A DNA stretch of 63,789 bases, counting the filler, from Nitrospinota bacterium (GTDB lineage Bacteria > JAUXIQ01), in assembly GCA_030620925.1 (NCBI GenBank). It is 11 parts of 11 records of this genome, joined end to end, with 100 filler letters (N's around TTAATTAATTAA, not from the genome) between each part and the next. Parts side by side here need not be neighbours in the genome. Positions count along the whole stretch, not along the records: positions 27,413 to 38,662 come from JAUXIQ010000027.1; positions 38,763 to 43,082 come from JAUXIQ010000232.1; 9 more parts are not named here. One strand, written 5' to 3'. Of this stretch, positions 29,313 through 42,051 are shown in pieces; position 1 is the stretch's first letter, and each line of letters opens with the position of its first letter. The notes beneath the pieces were generated by a model that saw nothing but the letters and a program-made list of their open reading frames with translations, was not told where the DNA came from and made no database searches. Both the position numbers and the translations under genes were made by a program.

Positions 29313-29732
29313 ATGGCTAAAGAGAAGTCCACAAAAGTCAAGGGAGGAGATTTTAAGGCTTTCCTGGGCGAAGGCTCTGAGTTCAGCGGAGTTCTCACCT
29401 TCGAAGGGGCGGTGCGCATATACGGCAAGTTCCAGGGGGAGATAATGACCAAAGGCACCCTCATTGTAGGTGAGACGGCTGTTCTCAACGCGGACATTTC
29501 GGCGGGTGTCGTGAAAATTAGCGGCAAGGTACAGGGCAACGTCACCGCTTCCAATCGTCTGGAGATGCTCGACGGCGGACAGTTGCATGGAGACGTCAGG
29601 GCTCCCGTGCTGGTGGTACAGGAAGGCGCTGTTCTGGACGGAGCGCTGGAAATGACCCGGCAGGGAGTTAAAGCCGAGGGGCCCATAGAGCCGAAAAAAG
29701 CTGAAACAAAACCCGAAAACGTAGAGCTTTAA
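29313..29732 (+). CDS. Bactofilin (polymer-forming cytoskeletal protein)
   Basis: FLGEGSEFSGVLTFEGAVRIYGKFQGEI...GDV...GAVLDG; GGAGGAG RBS. Confidence 0.92.
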   Translation: MAKEKSTKVKGGDFKAFLGEGSEFSGVLTFEGAVRIYGKFQGEIMTKGTLIVGETAVLNADISAGVVKISGKVQGNVTASNRLEMLDGGQLHGDVRAPVLVVQEGAVLDGALEMTRQGVKAEGPIEPKKAETKPENVEL

Positions 29733-29952
29733 AGGCATATATATTATCTGAAAATCCTCTTTGTTAAATCGGATTTTCTCGACCAATAGTATTCTCAACC
29801 CTGATTATGGCCGTGAGGTTATCTGTGCGTTCGCTCACACCTGTCAGTGTGGAATTTTGCTGGTTTTGTTCCCGATTTAGAGTGCCGTCTGCTTTCGTTT
29901 TACAATCTACGGATTGTGTGGTTCATTATGGAACAAAAGGGTCAAAAACAGG

Positions 29953-29981
29953 TTGACATTGTGGCGGTGTTGAGGTAATCT
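29953..29981 (+). promoter_or_regulatory. Sigma-70 promoter for the antiporter-atp operon
   Basis: TTGACA-17 nt-TAATCT. Confidence 0.6.
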
Positions 29982-30063
29982 TTTCAAGCTTTTAACTCGC
30001 GTGATGCACACCGACACGATAAAACCCACTTGTTTTATTTAATCTTTTGCTTCGGACAAAAAA

Positions 30064-31362
30064 TTGGAGCACGGAATAACTGCGGTAATAACCAAGCTGG
30101 TTTTTCAGCTTTTTATTATAATTTTTTTGGCCAAGCTCGCGGGCGAAGCCTGCGAGAGGTATTTAAAACAGCCCAGTGTGTTGGGGGAACTGGGCGTAGG
30201 TATGGTCATCGGGCCCTATGCTCTGGGGGGGCTCATTACCCTGCCCATGATAGGAGTGCTGTTCGGCGTGCCTCATGGAGCCGAGACGTCCAGCATACCC
30301 GTCAGCATAGAGCTTTACGCAGTGGCCCAGATCGCTGCGGTTATCCTGCTGTTTGTGGCCGGACTGGAAACCGACCTGAAGAAATTCATCCGTTACGCCG
30401 GGCCTGCGGCGGTCATAGCGATAGGGGGGGTGGTATTCCCCTTTCTATTGGGCGCCTGGGCCGCCGTTTTGTTCGGTGTGGCAGAGAGTTTTAAGGACCC
30501 CCTGGCGCTGTTCATGGGGGCCATCATGACCGCCACCTCGGTGGGTATTACCGCCAGGGTGCTAACTGACATCGGGAAGCTGGACACTCCGGAAGGGGTG
30601 ACCATACTCGGCGCAGCGGTGGTAGACGATGTAGTAGGTATTCTGATCCTGGCCATCGTGGTGAGCATGGCCCATAGCGGGAGCTTCTCGCTGGCCAAAG
30701 TGGGGATGATAGCCGTTAAGGCCGTGGGCTTCTGGCTGGGTCTCACGGTGATCGGGATACTGCTCTCGAAGAAGATATCTAAATTCCTGCTCGGCTTTAA
30801 GAGCAGTGGAGCTATAGTGGCCATCGCCCTGGCCCTGGCCTTTTTCGCTTCGGCGCTGGCGGAGATGTTCGGGCTGGCCATGATAATCGGGGCCTACAGC
30901 ATGGGTTTGGCCCTTTCGAATAGCCCCATAGCGGAGACCCTCGAGGAGAAGATGGCTCCGGTCTATCATGCTCTGGTGCCCGTCTTTTTCGTGGTCATGG
31001 GCATGCTGGTGGATTTCGCGGCCATGAGGTCTTTGCTGACCTTCGGCCTGGTGGTAAGCGGCCTGGCGATTGTCTCGAAGGTTTTCGGCTGCGGGGTGCC
31101 GGCCATGGGTGTGGGCTTCAATACCCGGGGGTCTTTCAGGGTCGGAATAGGCATGCTGCCCAGAGGAGAAGTGGCACTGATAGTGGCCGGCGTCGGCCTC
31201 ACCACCGGTGTCATCGGAACTGACATTTTCGGTGTCTCGATCATGATGACGCTGATAACCACTATTATGGCGCCCATGATCCTGGTGCCCCTGTTCAGCA
31301 AAGGGGGCGAGGGAAGACGGAGAAAAGGTATCGGGTCCAACGAAGGGTTGACCGGGGGGTGA
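30064..31362 (+). CDS. Cation:proton antiporter (CPA2, NapA-like)
   Basis: LLFVAGLETD, ATSVGIT, AAVVDDVVG, GMLPRGEV; about 12-13 TM helices. Confidence 0.93.
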   Translation: MEHGITAVITKLVFQLFIIIFLAKLAGEACERYLKQPSVLGELGVGMVIGPYALGGLITLPMIGVLFGVPHGAETSSIPVSIELYAVAQIAAVILLFVAGLETDLKKFIRYAGPAAVIAIGGVVFPFLLGAWAAVLFGVAESFKDPLALFMGAIMTATSVGITARVLTDIGKLDTPEGVTILGAAVVDDVVGILILAIVVSMAHSGSFSLAKVGMIAVKAVGFWLGLTVIGILLSKKISKFLLGFKSSGAIVAIALALAFFASALAEMFGLAMIIGAYSMGLALSNSPIAETLEEKMAPVYHALVPVFFVVMGMLVDFAAMRSLLTFGLVVSGLAIVSKVFGCGVPAMGVGFNTRGSFRVGIGMLPRGEVALIVAGVGLTTGVIGTDIFGVSIMMTLITTIMAPMILVPLFSKGGEGRRRKGIGSNEGLTGG

Positions 31363-31444
31363 AAGGTCCTGTTTTGATCCGGTCCGCCGGCGGGAAAGCT
31401 AGCTGCGCAATATGCAACTTTGAAGGCTGAAGAGGTAGGAGAAT

Positions 31445-31888
31445 ATGTCTAGCTTGGTGGAAATCAGTATTGGCAAATCGCTGCTGATACAGGTGGGGAA
31501 CTTCCTGCTTCTCATGTTCTTGCTGAATACCTTTCTCTTCAAACCCATCATAAGATTTCTCGAGAGCCGAGGCGGGACCATCCAGGGCAACCACGAGGCG
31601 GCAGAGCAGAAAGAGCAGGAAGCCCAGGGACTTCTCAATAATTATCTGGAAGCGATAAACAGTGCCAACCGTGAGGCCGCCGAGGCGTTGGCCGGGATCA
31701 GACGGGAAGCCGAGCTTAAGCAGCGGGAGATGCTGGAAGAGGCCAGAGAACAGGCGGGACAGATGATCTCCCAGGCCACTGAGGAGATCAAAGGGACCGC
31801 CGAAGACGCCCGCGGCCGATTGAGGGAGGAAACCCGGAGAATTTCCAGGAGTATCGCCGAAAAGCTGCTGGGCAGGACGCTGGTTTAA
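31445..31888 (+). CDS. atpF: ATP synthase F0 subunit b'
   Basis: IQVGNFLLLMFLLNTFLFKPI plus charged coiled coil. Confidence 0.88.
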   Translation: MSSLVEISIGKSLLIQVGNFLLLMFLLNTFLFKPIIRFLESRGGTIQGNHEAAEQKEQEAQGLLNNYLEAINSANREAAEALAGIRREAELKQREMLEEAREQAGQMISQATEEIKGTAEDARGRLREETRRISRSIAEKLLGRTLV

Positions 31889-31893
31889 TAATC

Positions 31894-32514
31894 ATGAAAG
31901 GTTACCCTGTTATGAAGCGAACCGCACGAAGAAAGGCCGTTCTTTTTCTGGCATGTGCGGTTTTGTTTTCCATGCTTTTCCCCGTCATGGCCGTTAGCGC
32001 CGAAGAAGGAGCCGCGCATGGCGAGGAGGGCTGGGACGCCCGGTCTGAAGTTCCGCGCATGGTAAATTTCGTTATCATCGTTGTGCTGCTCTGGTTTTTC
32101 CTGCGCAAACCCATAGCCAGGTATTTCGCCAACCGGCGGGAGGAAATTCAGCGCCAGCTCGAGGAGGCCATTCGGGCCCGGGATGAGGCAGAGGCCAAGC
32201 TCGAGGAGTATCAAGGTAAGGTGGGCAACCTGGAAAAGGAATTGGCCTCCATGCGGACTGAATCGGAGGAGGCGCGTGAGCGCCTTCGGCAGGTGCTGCT
32301 GGAAGAGGCCCGAAAATCGACCGACAGGGTATTAGAACAGGCGAGGTTAAATATAGAGCTGGAAAGAAAACGAGCGGTGGATTCCCTTAAAACCGAGGCC
32401 TCGCTCCTGGCCCTTGAGCTCGCCGAGGGGTTACTCAAAGAGAACATAAGTCCCGAGGACAGGGAACGCATTAACAGGGAATGTATAGAGGGGCTGGAAG
32501 GGGATCGATCTTGA
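31894..32514 (+). CDS. atpF: ATP synthase F0 subunit b
   Basis: N-terminal extension AEEGAAHG; RMVNFVII...KPIARYFANRREEI. Confidence 0.88.
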   Translation: MKGYPVMKRTARRKAVLFLACAVLFSMLFPVMAVSAEEGAAHGEEGWDARSEVPRMVNFVIIVVLLWFFLRKPIARYFANRREEIQRQLEEAIRARDEAEAKLEEYQGKVGNLEKELASMRTESEEARERLRQVLLEEARKSTDRVLEQARLNIELERKRAVDSLKTEASLLALELAEGLLKENISPEDRERINRECIEGLEGDRS

Positions 32515-32578
32515 GCGGCAGTGGAGAGCTGCACGCCGGTAGAAGAGATAGAAACCGCTTCCGGGAGGTAGAATAAAA

Positions 32579-33121
32579 GTGGTGGGGAACGTAGTTTCAA
32601 GACGGTATGCCAAGGCCCTGGTGGAGATGGTCAAGCATGACGGCCGCCTGGATGAAGTCGGGGAAGAGCTAAAGCTCATCAACGACATTATTCAAAGGGA
32701 GCCGGGCCTGTTCAGCTTCCTGTGCAATCCTGCGGTGAACATAGACACCAAGCGGGAGGTGCTCAGCACCATAGTCCAGAAAGTAGAAGCATCAGACCTC
32801 ATCGCCAGGTTCCTCGACCTGCTCTTGGAGAAGGATAGACTCCGGTTTTTGGAAACGTTGCTCTCCTTTTATGGGGAACTTTCATACCAGATCCAGAACC
32901 GGCTGAGGGCAAAGGTTATTTCCGCCGAGCCGCTCGTCGATTCCGTGAGGGAAGAGATAACCAGAAAGTTGTCGGAGATAACCGGAAAGCAGGTTGAGCT
33001 TACTGTTGAGACCGATTCGGACCTCATCGGGGGGATGGTGGCCCAGGTGGGGAGCACCATATACGATGGCAGCCTGAGGAATCAGCTGTCAAGAATTAAA
33101 GAAGAGCTCCTGAAGGGTTGA
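32579..33121 (+). CDS. atpH: ATP synthase F1 delta
   Basis: VSRRYAKAL; LIGGMVAQVGSTIYDGSL. Confidence 0.95.
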   Translation: MVGNVVSRRYAKALVEMVKHDGRLDEVGEELKLINDIIQREPGLFSFLCNPAVNIDTKREVLSTIVQKVEASDLIARFLDLLLEKDRLRFLETLLSFYGELSYQIQNRLRAKVISAEPLVDSVREEITRKLSEITGKQVELTVETDSDLIGGMVAQVGSTIYDGSLRNQLSRIKEELLKG

Positions 33122-33295
33122 GAGAGTTTTTCGCTTTTTGTTCGTTAGGTTCGGAAGCGGCGACGTGCTCTCAGAAAGGATTGGCCCGGGAGTGACTTCT
33201 TTGGAAAATATAAGAATCAGGGTGAATGGGAGGGAGCAACCTTACAACGAAAGATTTTGTGAAAGGAAACGGAAAGATCAGGGGGTGATGGAGTA

Positions 33296-34843
33296 ATGGA
33301 GATCAGGGCGGAAGAGATAAGCGAAATCATAAAGCAGAAGATAGAAGGTTTCGATAAAGGGGTAGAGCTTTCTGAGGTAGGCTATATCGTCGCCGTTGGA
33401 GACGGCATCGCCCGTATCTACGGTCTGGAAAAGGCCATGGCCGGGGAGCTGCTCGGATTTCCCGGGGACGTGATGGGGATGGTGCTCAACCTGGAGGAGG
33501 ACAACGTGGGAGCCGTGCTCCTCGGCGAGGGAACCCACATAAAAGAAGGGGACGTGGTAAAACGCACGGGCACAGTAGTGGAAGTCCCCGTGGGGGAGGC
33601 CATGCTGGGGCGGGTGGTGAACGCCCTGGGCCAGCCGGTGGACGGGCTGGGACCCATTGAAACCAGCGAACAGCAACCCGTCGAGCGGCTGGCCCCCGGC
33701 GTGGTGGACAGGATGCCCGTCAGCCAACCGCTGCAGACCGGCCTTAAACCCATCGACTCCATGATCCCCATAGGGCGCGGACAGCGGGAGCTGATCATCG
33801 GCGACCGCCAGACCGGAAAAACGGCGTTGGCCGTGGATACCATCATCAACCAGCGCGATACAGACGTCTATTGCATCTACGTGGCCATAGGTCAGAAACG
33901 ATCAACCGTGGCCCAGGTGGTGAAAACCCTCAGGGATTATGGAGCCTTGGACTATACAATCGTCGTCACCGCCACCGCCTCCGAGCCGGCGCCCCTACAG
34001 TATATAGCTCCCTATTCGGGATGCGCCATGGGTGAATATTTCAGGGACAACGGGATGCACGCCCTGATCATATACGACGACCTCTCCAAGCAGGCCGCCT
34101 CCTATCGACAGCTCTCCCTGTTGCTGAGGCGACCGCCGGGAAGGGAGGCCTTCCCGGGGGATATCTTCTACCTCCACTCCAGGCTCCTGGAGCGCGCCGC
34201 TAAACTGAACGACGACCTGGGCGGCGGTTCGCTTACCGCTCTCCCAGTTATAGAAACGCAGGCGGGGGACGTATCGGCCTATATCCCCACCAACGTCATA
34301 TCCATCACCGACGGACAGATATATCTGGAGACCGAGCTCTTCTACTCTGGGGTGCGGCCGGCCATCAACGTGGGCCTCTCCGTTTCCAGGGTGGGTGGTG
34401 CGGCCCAGAACAAGGCGATGAAGGCCGTTGCCGGTCGGTTGAGGCTTGACCTGGCGCAGTACCGTGAAATGGCCGCCTTCGCCCAGTTCGGCAGCGAGTT
34501 GGACGCCGCCACCCAGGCGCAGCTCAGCAGGGGTGAGTGCATGGTGGAGGTGCTCAAGCAGGGTCAGTACGAGCCCCTCCCCGTGGAAAGGCAGGTAGCC
34601 ATCATCTTCTTAGGCGTCAACGGGTATCTGGATGATATTCCGGTAGACCAGATAAAGGCGCTGGAGGAAAAATATTTTCAGTTCCTGGAGGCCAAACACG
34701 CGGATATCCTCAATACGCTTAAAGAGAAAAAAGAGATAGACGACCAGATGGACCAGAAGTTGCGTCAGGCCATCGAGGAGTTCAAGAAAGAGTTCAAGGC
34801 CGAAATCGGTCTTAAGGATGAGCCCGCCGCCGAAGCGGGATGA
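33296..34843 (+). CDS. atpA: ATP synthase F1 alpha
   Basis: [20 protein letters not shown]. Confidence 0.99.
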   Translation: MEIRAEEISEIIKQKIEGFDKGVELSEVGYIVAVGDGIARIYGLEKAMAGELLGFPGDVMGMVLNLEEDNVGAVLLGEGTHIKEGDVVKRTGTVVEVPVGEAMLGRVVNALGQPVDGLGPIETSEQQPVERLAPGVVDRMPVSQPLQTGLKPIDSMIPIGRGQRELIIGDRQTGKTALAVDTIINQRDTDVYCIYVAIGQKRSTVAQVVKTLRDYGALDYTIVVTATASEPAPLQYIAPYSGCAMGEYFRDNGMHALIIYDDLSKQAASYRQLSLLLRRPPGREAFPGDIFYLHSRLLERAAKLNDDLGGGSLTALPVIETQAGDVSAYIPTNVISITDGQIYLETELFYSGVRPAINVGLSVSRVGGAAQNKAMKAVAGRLRLDLAQYREMAAFAQFGSELDAATQAQLSRGECMVEVLKQGQYEPLPVERQVAIIFLGVNGYLDDIPVDQIKALEEKYFQFLEAKHADILNTLKEKKEIDDQMDQKLRQAIEEFKKEFKAEIGLKDEPAAEAG

Positions 34844-34906
34844 TACCGGAGCTGAATACGACCGGATAGCTTGCAAACATGTCTACTAAGATGGAGTTAA
34901 GTACGA

Positions 34907-35767
34907 ATGGCCAGTCTTCGCCATATAAGAAGGCGTATCGCAAGCGTTAAGAACACCCAGCAGATAACCAGGGCCATGAAGATGGTGGCCGCGGCCCGGC
35001 TGCGCAGGGCTCAGGAGAACGCGCTCTCCTCCCGGCCCTATTCCGATAAGATGATGGACGTTATCAACAGCCTGGCCATGAGGGCTGATCCCGGCGCCCA
35101 TCCACTTCTGGCCCAGCGCCAGGTGAGTAAGGAGCTATTGGTGGTGATAACCGCGGACCGCGGACTGTGCGGGGGGTTCAACACCAACATAATCCGCGAT
35201 GCCCATATCATCGCCCAGCGTCAGGACGACGTCCAGAGGACCATGCTAATCATCGGCAGGAAAGGGAGGGATTTCTTCCGGCGGCGCGACGTGGACATCT
35301 TCATGGAGAAGATAAACATCTTTCGGCAGCTCACCTATGAGGACGCCAAAGAATTAGCCGATTCCATCATCGAAGCGTATCTCGAAGAACAGGTGGACAG
35401 GGTTTCCTTGATCTACAACCGTTTCATTTCAGCAGTGTCGCAGGAGGTGGTGGCCACCACCCTGCTTCCTGTCCATACCGAACCCCCCGAGGGGGACGCT
35501 CAGCCGGTGGATTATATCTATGAGCCTTCCGTGGACGAGGTGCTGGACCTGCTTCTCAAGAGACACATAGAGGTACAGATGTATCGGGCGCTTCTGGAGT
35601 CACTGGCCAGCGAACACGCGGCGCGCATGACCGCCATGGACAGCGCCACCAAAAACGCCGAGGAGATGATCGAGAAGCTGACGCTCACTTATAATAAGGC
35701 CCGCCAGGCCAGCATCACCAGGGAACTCATAGAGGTGGTGAGCGGGGCCGACGCCCTCAGGGGTTAA
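34907..35767 (+). CDS. atpG: ATP synthase F1 gamma
   Basis: ITRAMKMVAA, DRGLCGGFN, NKARQASITREL. Confidence 0.98.
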   Translation: MASLRHIRRRIASVKNTQQITRAMKMVAAARLRRAQENALSSRPYSDKMMDVINSLAMRADPGAHPLLAQRQVSKELLVVITADRGLCGGFNTNIIRDAHIIAQRQDDVQRTMLIIGRKGRDFFRRRDVDIFMEKINIFRQLTYEDAKELADSIIEAYLEEQVDRVSLIYNRFISAVSQEVVATTLLPVHTEPPEGDAQPVDYIYEPSVDEVLDLLLKRHIEVQMYRALLESLASEHAARMTAMDSATKNAEEMIEKLTLTYNKARQASITRELIEVVSGADALRG

Positions 35768-35831
35768 ACGGGGAACGGGAAAGACGTAGTATATCACTGA
35801 AATCGAATATACTGGATTACAGGAGGTATAA

Positions 35832-37256
<1,425 letters not shown>

Positions 37257-37303
37257 ATTAACATTAGGACGTTGAATTTTATAAATACTTAAACGGGTTG
37301 GAT

Positions 37304-37717
37304 ATGGACGGCAAGCTGACGTTAGAAGTAGTGGTGCCTCAGAGAAAGCTGCTCAGGGAAGAGGTGGACTCAGTCACCGCACCGGGCGCCATGGGGTGCT
37401 TCGGTGTGCTCCCAGGGCACACGCCTTTCTTGACCGCCCTGGAGGCCGGGGAACTGAGCTACCGGATCAATGGTGATACTCGATACCTGGCAACCAGCGG
37501 GGGCTACGCCGAGGTGGGGCCGGACACAGTCACCATCCTGGCAGAGACCGCCGAACCGGCCCACGAGATAGACCTGGAGCGCGCCCAGCAGGCAAAAGAG
37601 AGGGCCGAGGAGCGACTCCGCCAGCGTGATGATGAAGAAATAGATTTCTCTCGCGCACAGGTGGCCCTTCAGCGCGCACTGGCCCGCATCCAGGTGACGG
37701 CCAGGTCCACGAGCTGA
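37304..37717 (+). CDS. atpC: ATP synthase F1 epsilon
   Basis: LEVVVP, GVLPGHTP, SGGYAEV, ALQRALARI. Confidence 0.96.
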   Translation: MDGKLTLEVVVPQRKLLREEVDSVTAPGAMGCFGVLPGHTPFLTALEAGELSYRINGDTRYLATSGGYAEVGPDTVTILAETAEPAHEIDLERAQQAKERAEERLRQRDDEEIDFSRAQVALQRALARIQVTARSTS

Positions 37718-38045
37718 TAGCGGATATTTAAGCCCGATCAGGCAAGACTTAACAACCCTCCACGAGAAAGTTTCCGAAAGTAGCTTATCTCAGCAATGAC
37801 TGAAAAGCGCCTGCCATAGGTTTATTCCAATACTTCAATCCTGCCCTCCCCACTATTCTATCAGCTCAGTACCGACCCCGTGCTCACGAGTTCATTGAGA
37901 ATACGGCACTGCGGCGCTGACATTCCTGTGTTCCCCTTTATCCGGTTATGATATCTTCTATTTCAGAGAAGATTACCGTGTCCGCTTATACGCAGGTAGA
38001 ATGCCGCTCATTGTCAAAAACCGATCGGGAGATGTGGTCATGCAT

Positions 38046-38662
38046 ATGGAAGAGACAAAGGGGAGAAGCCGCTACGGGTTGGAGAACCACGGCCTCGATA
38101 ACCTGGGCAACGTCCACTGGAACTTGTCCACCGCAGCTCTCTGCGAGGAAGCGGTGCGACGACGGGAAGGTATGATGGCCCATCTGGGGCCTCTGGTGGT
38201 GAGGACCGGCCACCATACGGGGCGCTCACCTGAAGACAGGTTCATCGTCCGCGAGCCGTCCAGCCAGGATAAGGTCTGGTGGGGTGAAATGAACCATCCT
38301 TTCCCCCCGGAAAAGTTTGAGGCTCTTCAGAACCGCCTCCTCGCATATCTTCAGGGGAAGGACGTTTTCGTGCAGGACTGCTATGCCGGAAACGACCCCC
38401 GGTATCGTGTTCCCATCCGCATCATCACCGAGGACGCCTGGCATAACTTTTTCGCCCGCAACATGTTCGTGCGGATACACGACAGGAAGGAGCTTGCGGA
38501 GCACGTCCCATCCTTCACTGTCATCAATACACCCCGTTTTAACGCTTTCCCCGAAGTGGACGGCACCAATTCGGAGGCTTTTGTGATCATCAACTTCGGC
38601 GCAAAGCTCATCCTCATAGGGGGCACGAGCTATGCGGGTGAAATCAAGAAGTCGATTTTCAC
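38046..38662 (+). CDS. pckA: Phosphoenolpyruvate carboxykinase (ATP), truncated by the gap
   Basis: TGRSPEDRFIV, AWHNFFARNMF, GTSYAGEIKKSIF. Confidence 0.95.
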
Positions 38663-38762
38663 NNNNNNNNNNNNNNNNNNNNNNNNNNNNNNNNNNNNNN
38701 NNNNNNTTAATTAATTAANNNNNNNNNNNNNNNNNNNNNNNNNNNNNNNNNNNNNNNNNNNN

Positions 38763-39330
38763 ATTCCGCTTCCAGCTCGAACCGTATGGTATCGCCCTTG
38801 GAGCTGACCTGCGCGTTCAGAACGTTCCGGATGGGGTTCCTATCGCTGCTGGATACCGCCCTGAAGGACGAAAAATCCTTTTTCCCGATGATGATAGGCA
38901 GGGCGGAGGCCATGGCCTCCAGGTCCAGAGCGTAGGGTATATGCCAGGCGTAATTTCTATAAAATGCCGAGGGCTCCTCTCTGTTCAATATTAGATAGCA
39001 ATAAATTTTACTCAGCGCCGAATAGCGGGCATGGAAATCGGGGGGCGCGTCCTCGGCCTTCCTGATGGCGATGTCGTCGGGCAGCAGACTGTTGGTGCCT
39101 CTGACCAGGGATGCGTTGTCGATAGCGGAAGAGGTCTTGAAGTTGACCACCTGGCCCAGCGCATGGGTTCCGGCGTCGGTCCTGCCGGAGGCGATGGTGC
39201 TGACCGGGGAGTCGGTAATACGGGACAGGGCGGCTTCCAGTTCGCTCTGTACGGTGAGCTGGTCGGGCTGCACCTGCCACCCGAAATATCCGCTACCATC
39301 GTATTCAACCGTCAGCTTTACGTTCCTCAT
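38763..39330 (-). CDS. truA: tRNA pseudouridine(38-40) synthase, truncated by the gap
   Basis: EYDGSGYFGWQ, SGRTDAGTHA, FHARYSA. Confidence 0.96.
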
Positions 39331-39348
39331 CCCACCTCACGCCTCAAT

Positions 39349-41934
39349 TCAGGAGGCCACCGCATCGGCTTTCACCTCATGAACGGCGGGACTTTCCTCC
39401 TGAAAAAGGGCCTGGCTGAGGAAATGTCCGGTGTACGAATCAGGGTTTTCGGCCACTTCTTCAGGGGTGCCTGTCGCCACCACCCAGCCGCCATTTTCGC
39501 CTCCCTCCGGCCCGAGATCGATTATATAGTCGGCGGTCTTGACGACCTCCATGTTGTGCTCTATGACCATGATGGTATTGCCTGCGTCGGTGAGACGGTT
39601 GAGCACTTCCAGAAGTTTCTTTATGTCATCGAAGTGGAGACCGGTAGTGGGCTCGTCGAGGATGTAGAGGGTTCGTCCCGTGCTCCTCTTGCTGAGCTCT
39701 TTTGCCAGCTTCACCCGCTGGGCTTCACCGCCGGAGAGGGTGGTGGCCGGCTGACCTAACCTGATGTATCCCAGGCCCACTTCGTGCATGGTCTTGAGCT
39801 TGCCCTGAATCCGGGGGATGTTGGTGAAAAATTCCAGGGCCTGGGTAATGGACATCTCCAGCACATCTGCGATGTTCTTTCCCTTGTAGCGTACGTCCAG
39901 GGTCTCGCGGTTGAATCGCAACCCCTTGCACAGATCACACTTGACGTAAATGTCGGGCAGGAAGTGCATCTCTATCTTGATGGTGCCGTCGCCCCGGCAG
40001 GCCTCACATCGCCCGCCCTTGACGTTGAAGCTGAACCTGCCCGGCCGATAGCCCCTGGCCCGCGCTTCGGGCACCTGGGAGTAGAGCTCCCGGATAATAG
40101 TAAACAAGCCGGTATAGGTGGCCGAGTTGGAGCGGGGGGTCCGGCCGATGGGGGACTGGTCGATGTCGATGACCTTGTCTATCTGCTCTATTCCGCGAAT
40201 TTCCCCGGAGCGGCCCGGCTTTCGCCTGGAGCGGTATAGCTTCCGCATTAAGGCCCGGTATAGAATGTCTATGAGCAGGGTGCTTTTACCGGAACCGGAT
40301 ACGCCGGTGATGCAGGTGAACAGCCCCAGGGGTATCTTTACGTCTATGTTCTTGAGGTTGTTGTGCGAGCAGTCGAGGAGCTTAAGAAACTTTCCGTTGT
40401 GTTTCCGGCGGCGAGGGGGAACCTCGATACTCAGTTTCCCCGCCAGGTACTTGCCGGTGAGGGAATTCCTGCTCCTTATAATTCCCTGCGGCGGACCTCC
40501 GGCCACCAGGTACCCGCCCCGCTCGCCTGCGCCGGGGCCCAGGTCTATCACGTAGTCGGCGGAGAGTATGGTGTCCCTGTCGTGTTCCACCACGATGACC
40601 GTGTTTCCCAGATCCCGCAACCGTTTGAGGGTGGTCAGGAGTCGCTGGTTATCCCTCTGGTGCAGGCCGATGGTAGGCTCATCGAGGATGTAGAGAACGC
40701 CTACAAGGCTTGAGCCTATCTGGGTGGCTAATTTAATGCGCTGCCCTTCCCCGCCGGAAAGGGTGGCGGCGGGTCTGTCCAGGGTGAGATAATCGAGGCC
40801 CACGTCGACCAGAAAGCGGAGCCTGTCTCGCACTTCCTTCATTATCCGCCTGGCGATCTCTTCTTCCCGGGAGGGGAGGGACAGGTTCTCGAAGAAATCG
40901 AGCGAATTTTTTACCGACAGCTGAGTCAATCGGCCGATATGCATTCCCTCCACTTTGATGGACAGGCTCTCCGGCCTCAGCCTGGCGCCGCCGCACGCCT
41001 TGCATGGCCGCTCGCTCACGTAATCTCCTATCCGGGCCCGGTAAGAGCCGGGCATAATCAAATCGTGGTCCATCTCAAGGGTGCTGCCCAGGCCGTTGCA
41101 CGTCGTGCAAGCTCCGTGGGGGCTGTTGAAGGAGAACATGCGGGGCGATATTTCAGGATAGCTGACGCCGCATTCTATGCAGGCGAACCTCTCGCTGAAC
41201 ATTATCTCTTCGCCGCCCTGAACGTCTATGAGCGCCAGACCGTCGCTCAGCTCAAGGGCCGTTTCCAGTGAATCGGCGAGCCTGCTGTGCAGGGAGGGCT
41301 TCATGATCAGCCGGTCCACCACCACCTCTATGTCGTGCTTCCTCCTCTTATCCAGGACTATTTCTTCCTCCAGGTCTTTCACCTCGCCGTCCACGCGGAC
41401 CCGCACGTAGCCCCTCCGGAGCAGATCGTTGAGCTCTTTGCGGTATTCCCCCTTGCGGCCGCGCACGATGGGGGCCAGAACCTGTATCCCGGCCCCTTCA
41501 GGCAGCTCCATGATCCGGTCAACCATCTGGTGGATGGTCTGGGAGGATATCGCCTTGCCGCATCTGTAGCAGTGCGGGGTTCCCGCTCGGGCGAAGAGGA
41601 GGCGGAGGTAATCGTATATCTCGGTGACGGTGCCCACGGTGGACCTGGGATTCTTGCTTATGCTCTTCTGCTCGATGGATATGGCTGGCGATAGACCCTC
41701 TATGGAGTCCACGTCGGGCTTGTCCATCTGCTCCAGAAACTGCCTGGCATAGGCCGATAGGGACTCCACGTAGCGGCGTTGACCTTCGGCATATATGGTG
41801 TCGAAGGCCAGGGAGGACTTTCCGGAACCGCTGAGGCCGGTAATGACCACCAACCTGTTTCGAGGAATTTCGAGGTCTATGTCTTTAAGGTTGTGCTCCC
41901 TCGCGCCGCGTATGACGATCTTTCCAGAGCGCAT
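39349..41934 (-). CDS. uvrA: Excinuclease ABC subunit A (short form)
   Basis: [13 protein letters not shown] twice, GVSGSGKS, zinc modules. Confidence 0.97.
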   Translation of the reverse strand: MRSGKIVIRGAREHNLKDIDLEIPRNRLVVITGLSGSGKSSLAFDTIYAEGQRRYVESLSAYARQFLEQMDKPDVDSIEGLSPAISIEQKSISKNPRSTVGTVTEIYDYLRLLFARAGTPHCYRCGKAISSQTIHQMVDRIMELPEGAGIQVLAPIVRGRKGEYRKELNDLLRRGYVRVRVDGEVKDLEEEIVLDKRRKHDIEVVVDRLIMKPSLHSRLADSLETALELSDGLALIDVQGGEEIMFSERFACIECGVSYPEISPRMFSFNSPHGACTTCNGLGSTLEMDHDLIMPGSYRARIGDYVSERPCKACGGARLRPESLSIKVEGMHIGRLTQLSVKNSLDFFENLSLPSREEEIARRIMKEVRDRLRFLVDVGLDYLTLDRPAATLSGGEGQRIKLATQIGSSLVGVLYILDEPTIGLHQRDNQRLLTTLKRLRDLGNTVIVVEHDRDTILSADYVIDLGPGAGERGGYLVAGGPPQGIIRSRNSLTGKYLAGKLSIEVPPRRRKHNGKFLKLLDCSHNNLKNIDVKIPLGLFTCITGVSGSGKSTLLIDILYRALMRKLYRSRRKPGRSGEIRGIEQIDKVIDIDQSPIGRTPRSNSATYTGLFTIIRELYSQVPEARARGYRPGRFSFNVKGGRCEACRGDGTIKIEMHFLPDIYVKCDLCKGLRFNRETLDVRYKGKNIADVLEMSITQALEFFTNIPRIQGKLKTMHEVGLGYIRLGQPATTLSGGEAQRVKLAKELSKRSTGRTLYILDEPTTGLHFDDIKKLLEVLNRLTDAGNTIMVIEHNMEVVKTADYIIDLGPEGGENGGWVVATGTPEEVAENPDSYTGHFLSQALFQEESPAVHEVKADAVAS

Positions 41935-42051
41935 GTATATCCTCTATTTTCGGGAAAAGGAAATTTCAATAATCCATCAAAATAGCATCGGGAAAAATGA
42001 AAGTAAAGGCGATAATAAGAAGGCAGGCCAGCGGCCAAGGCGGCTTCCGGT

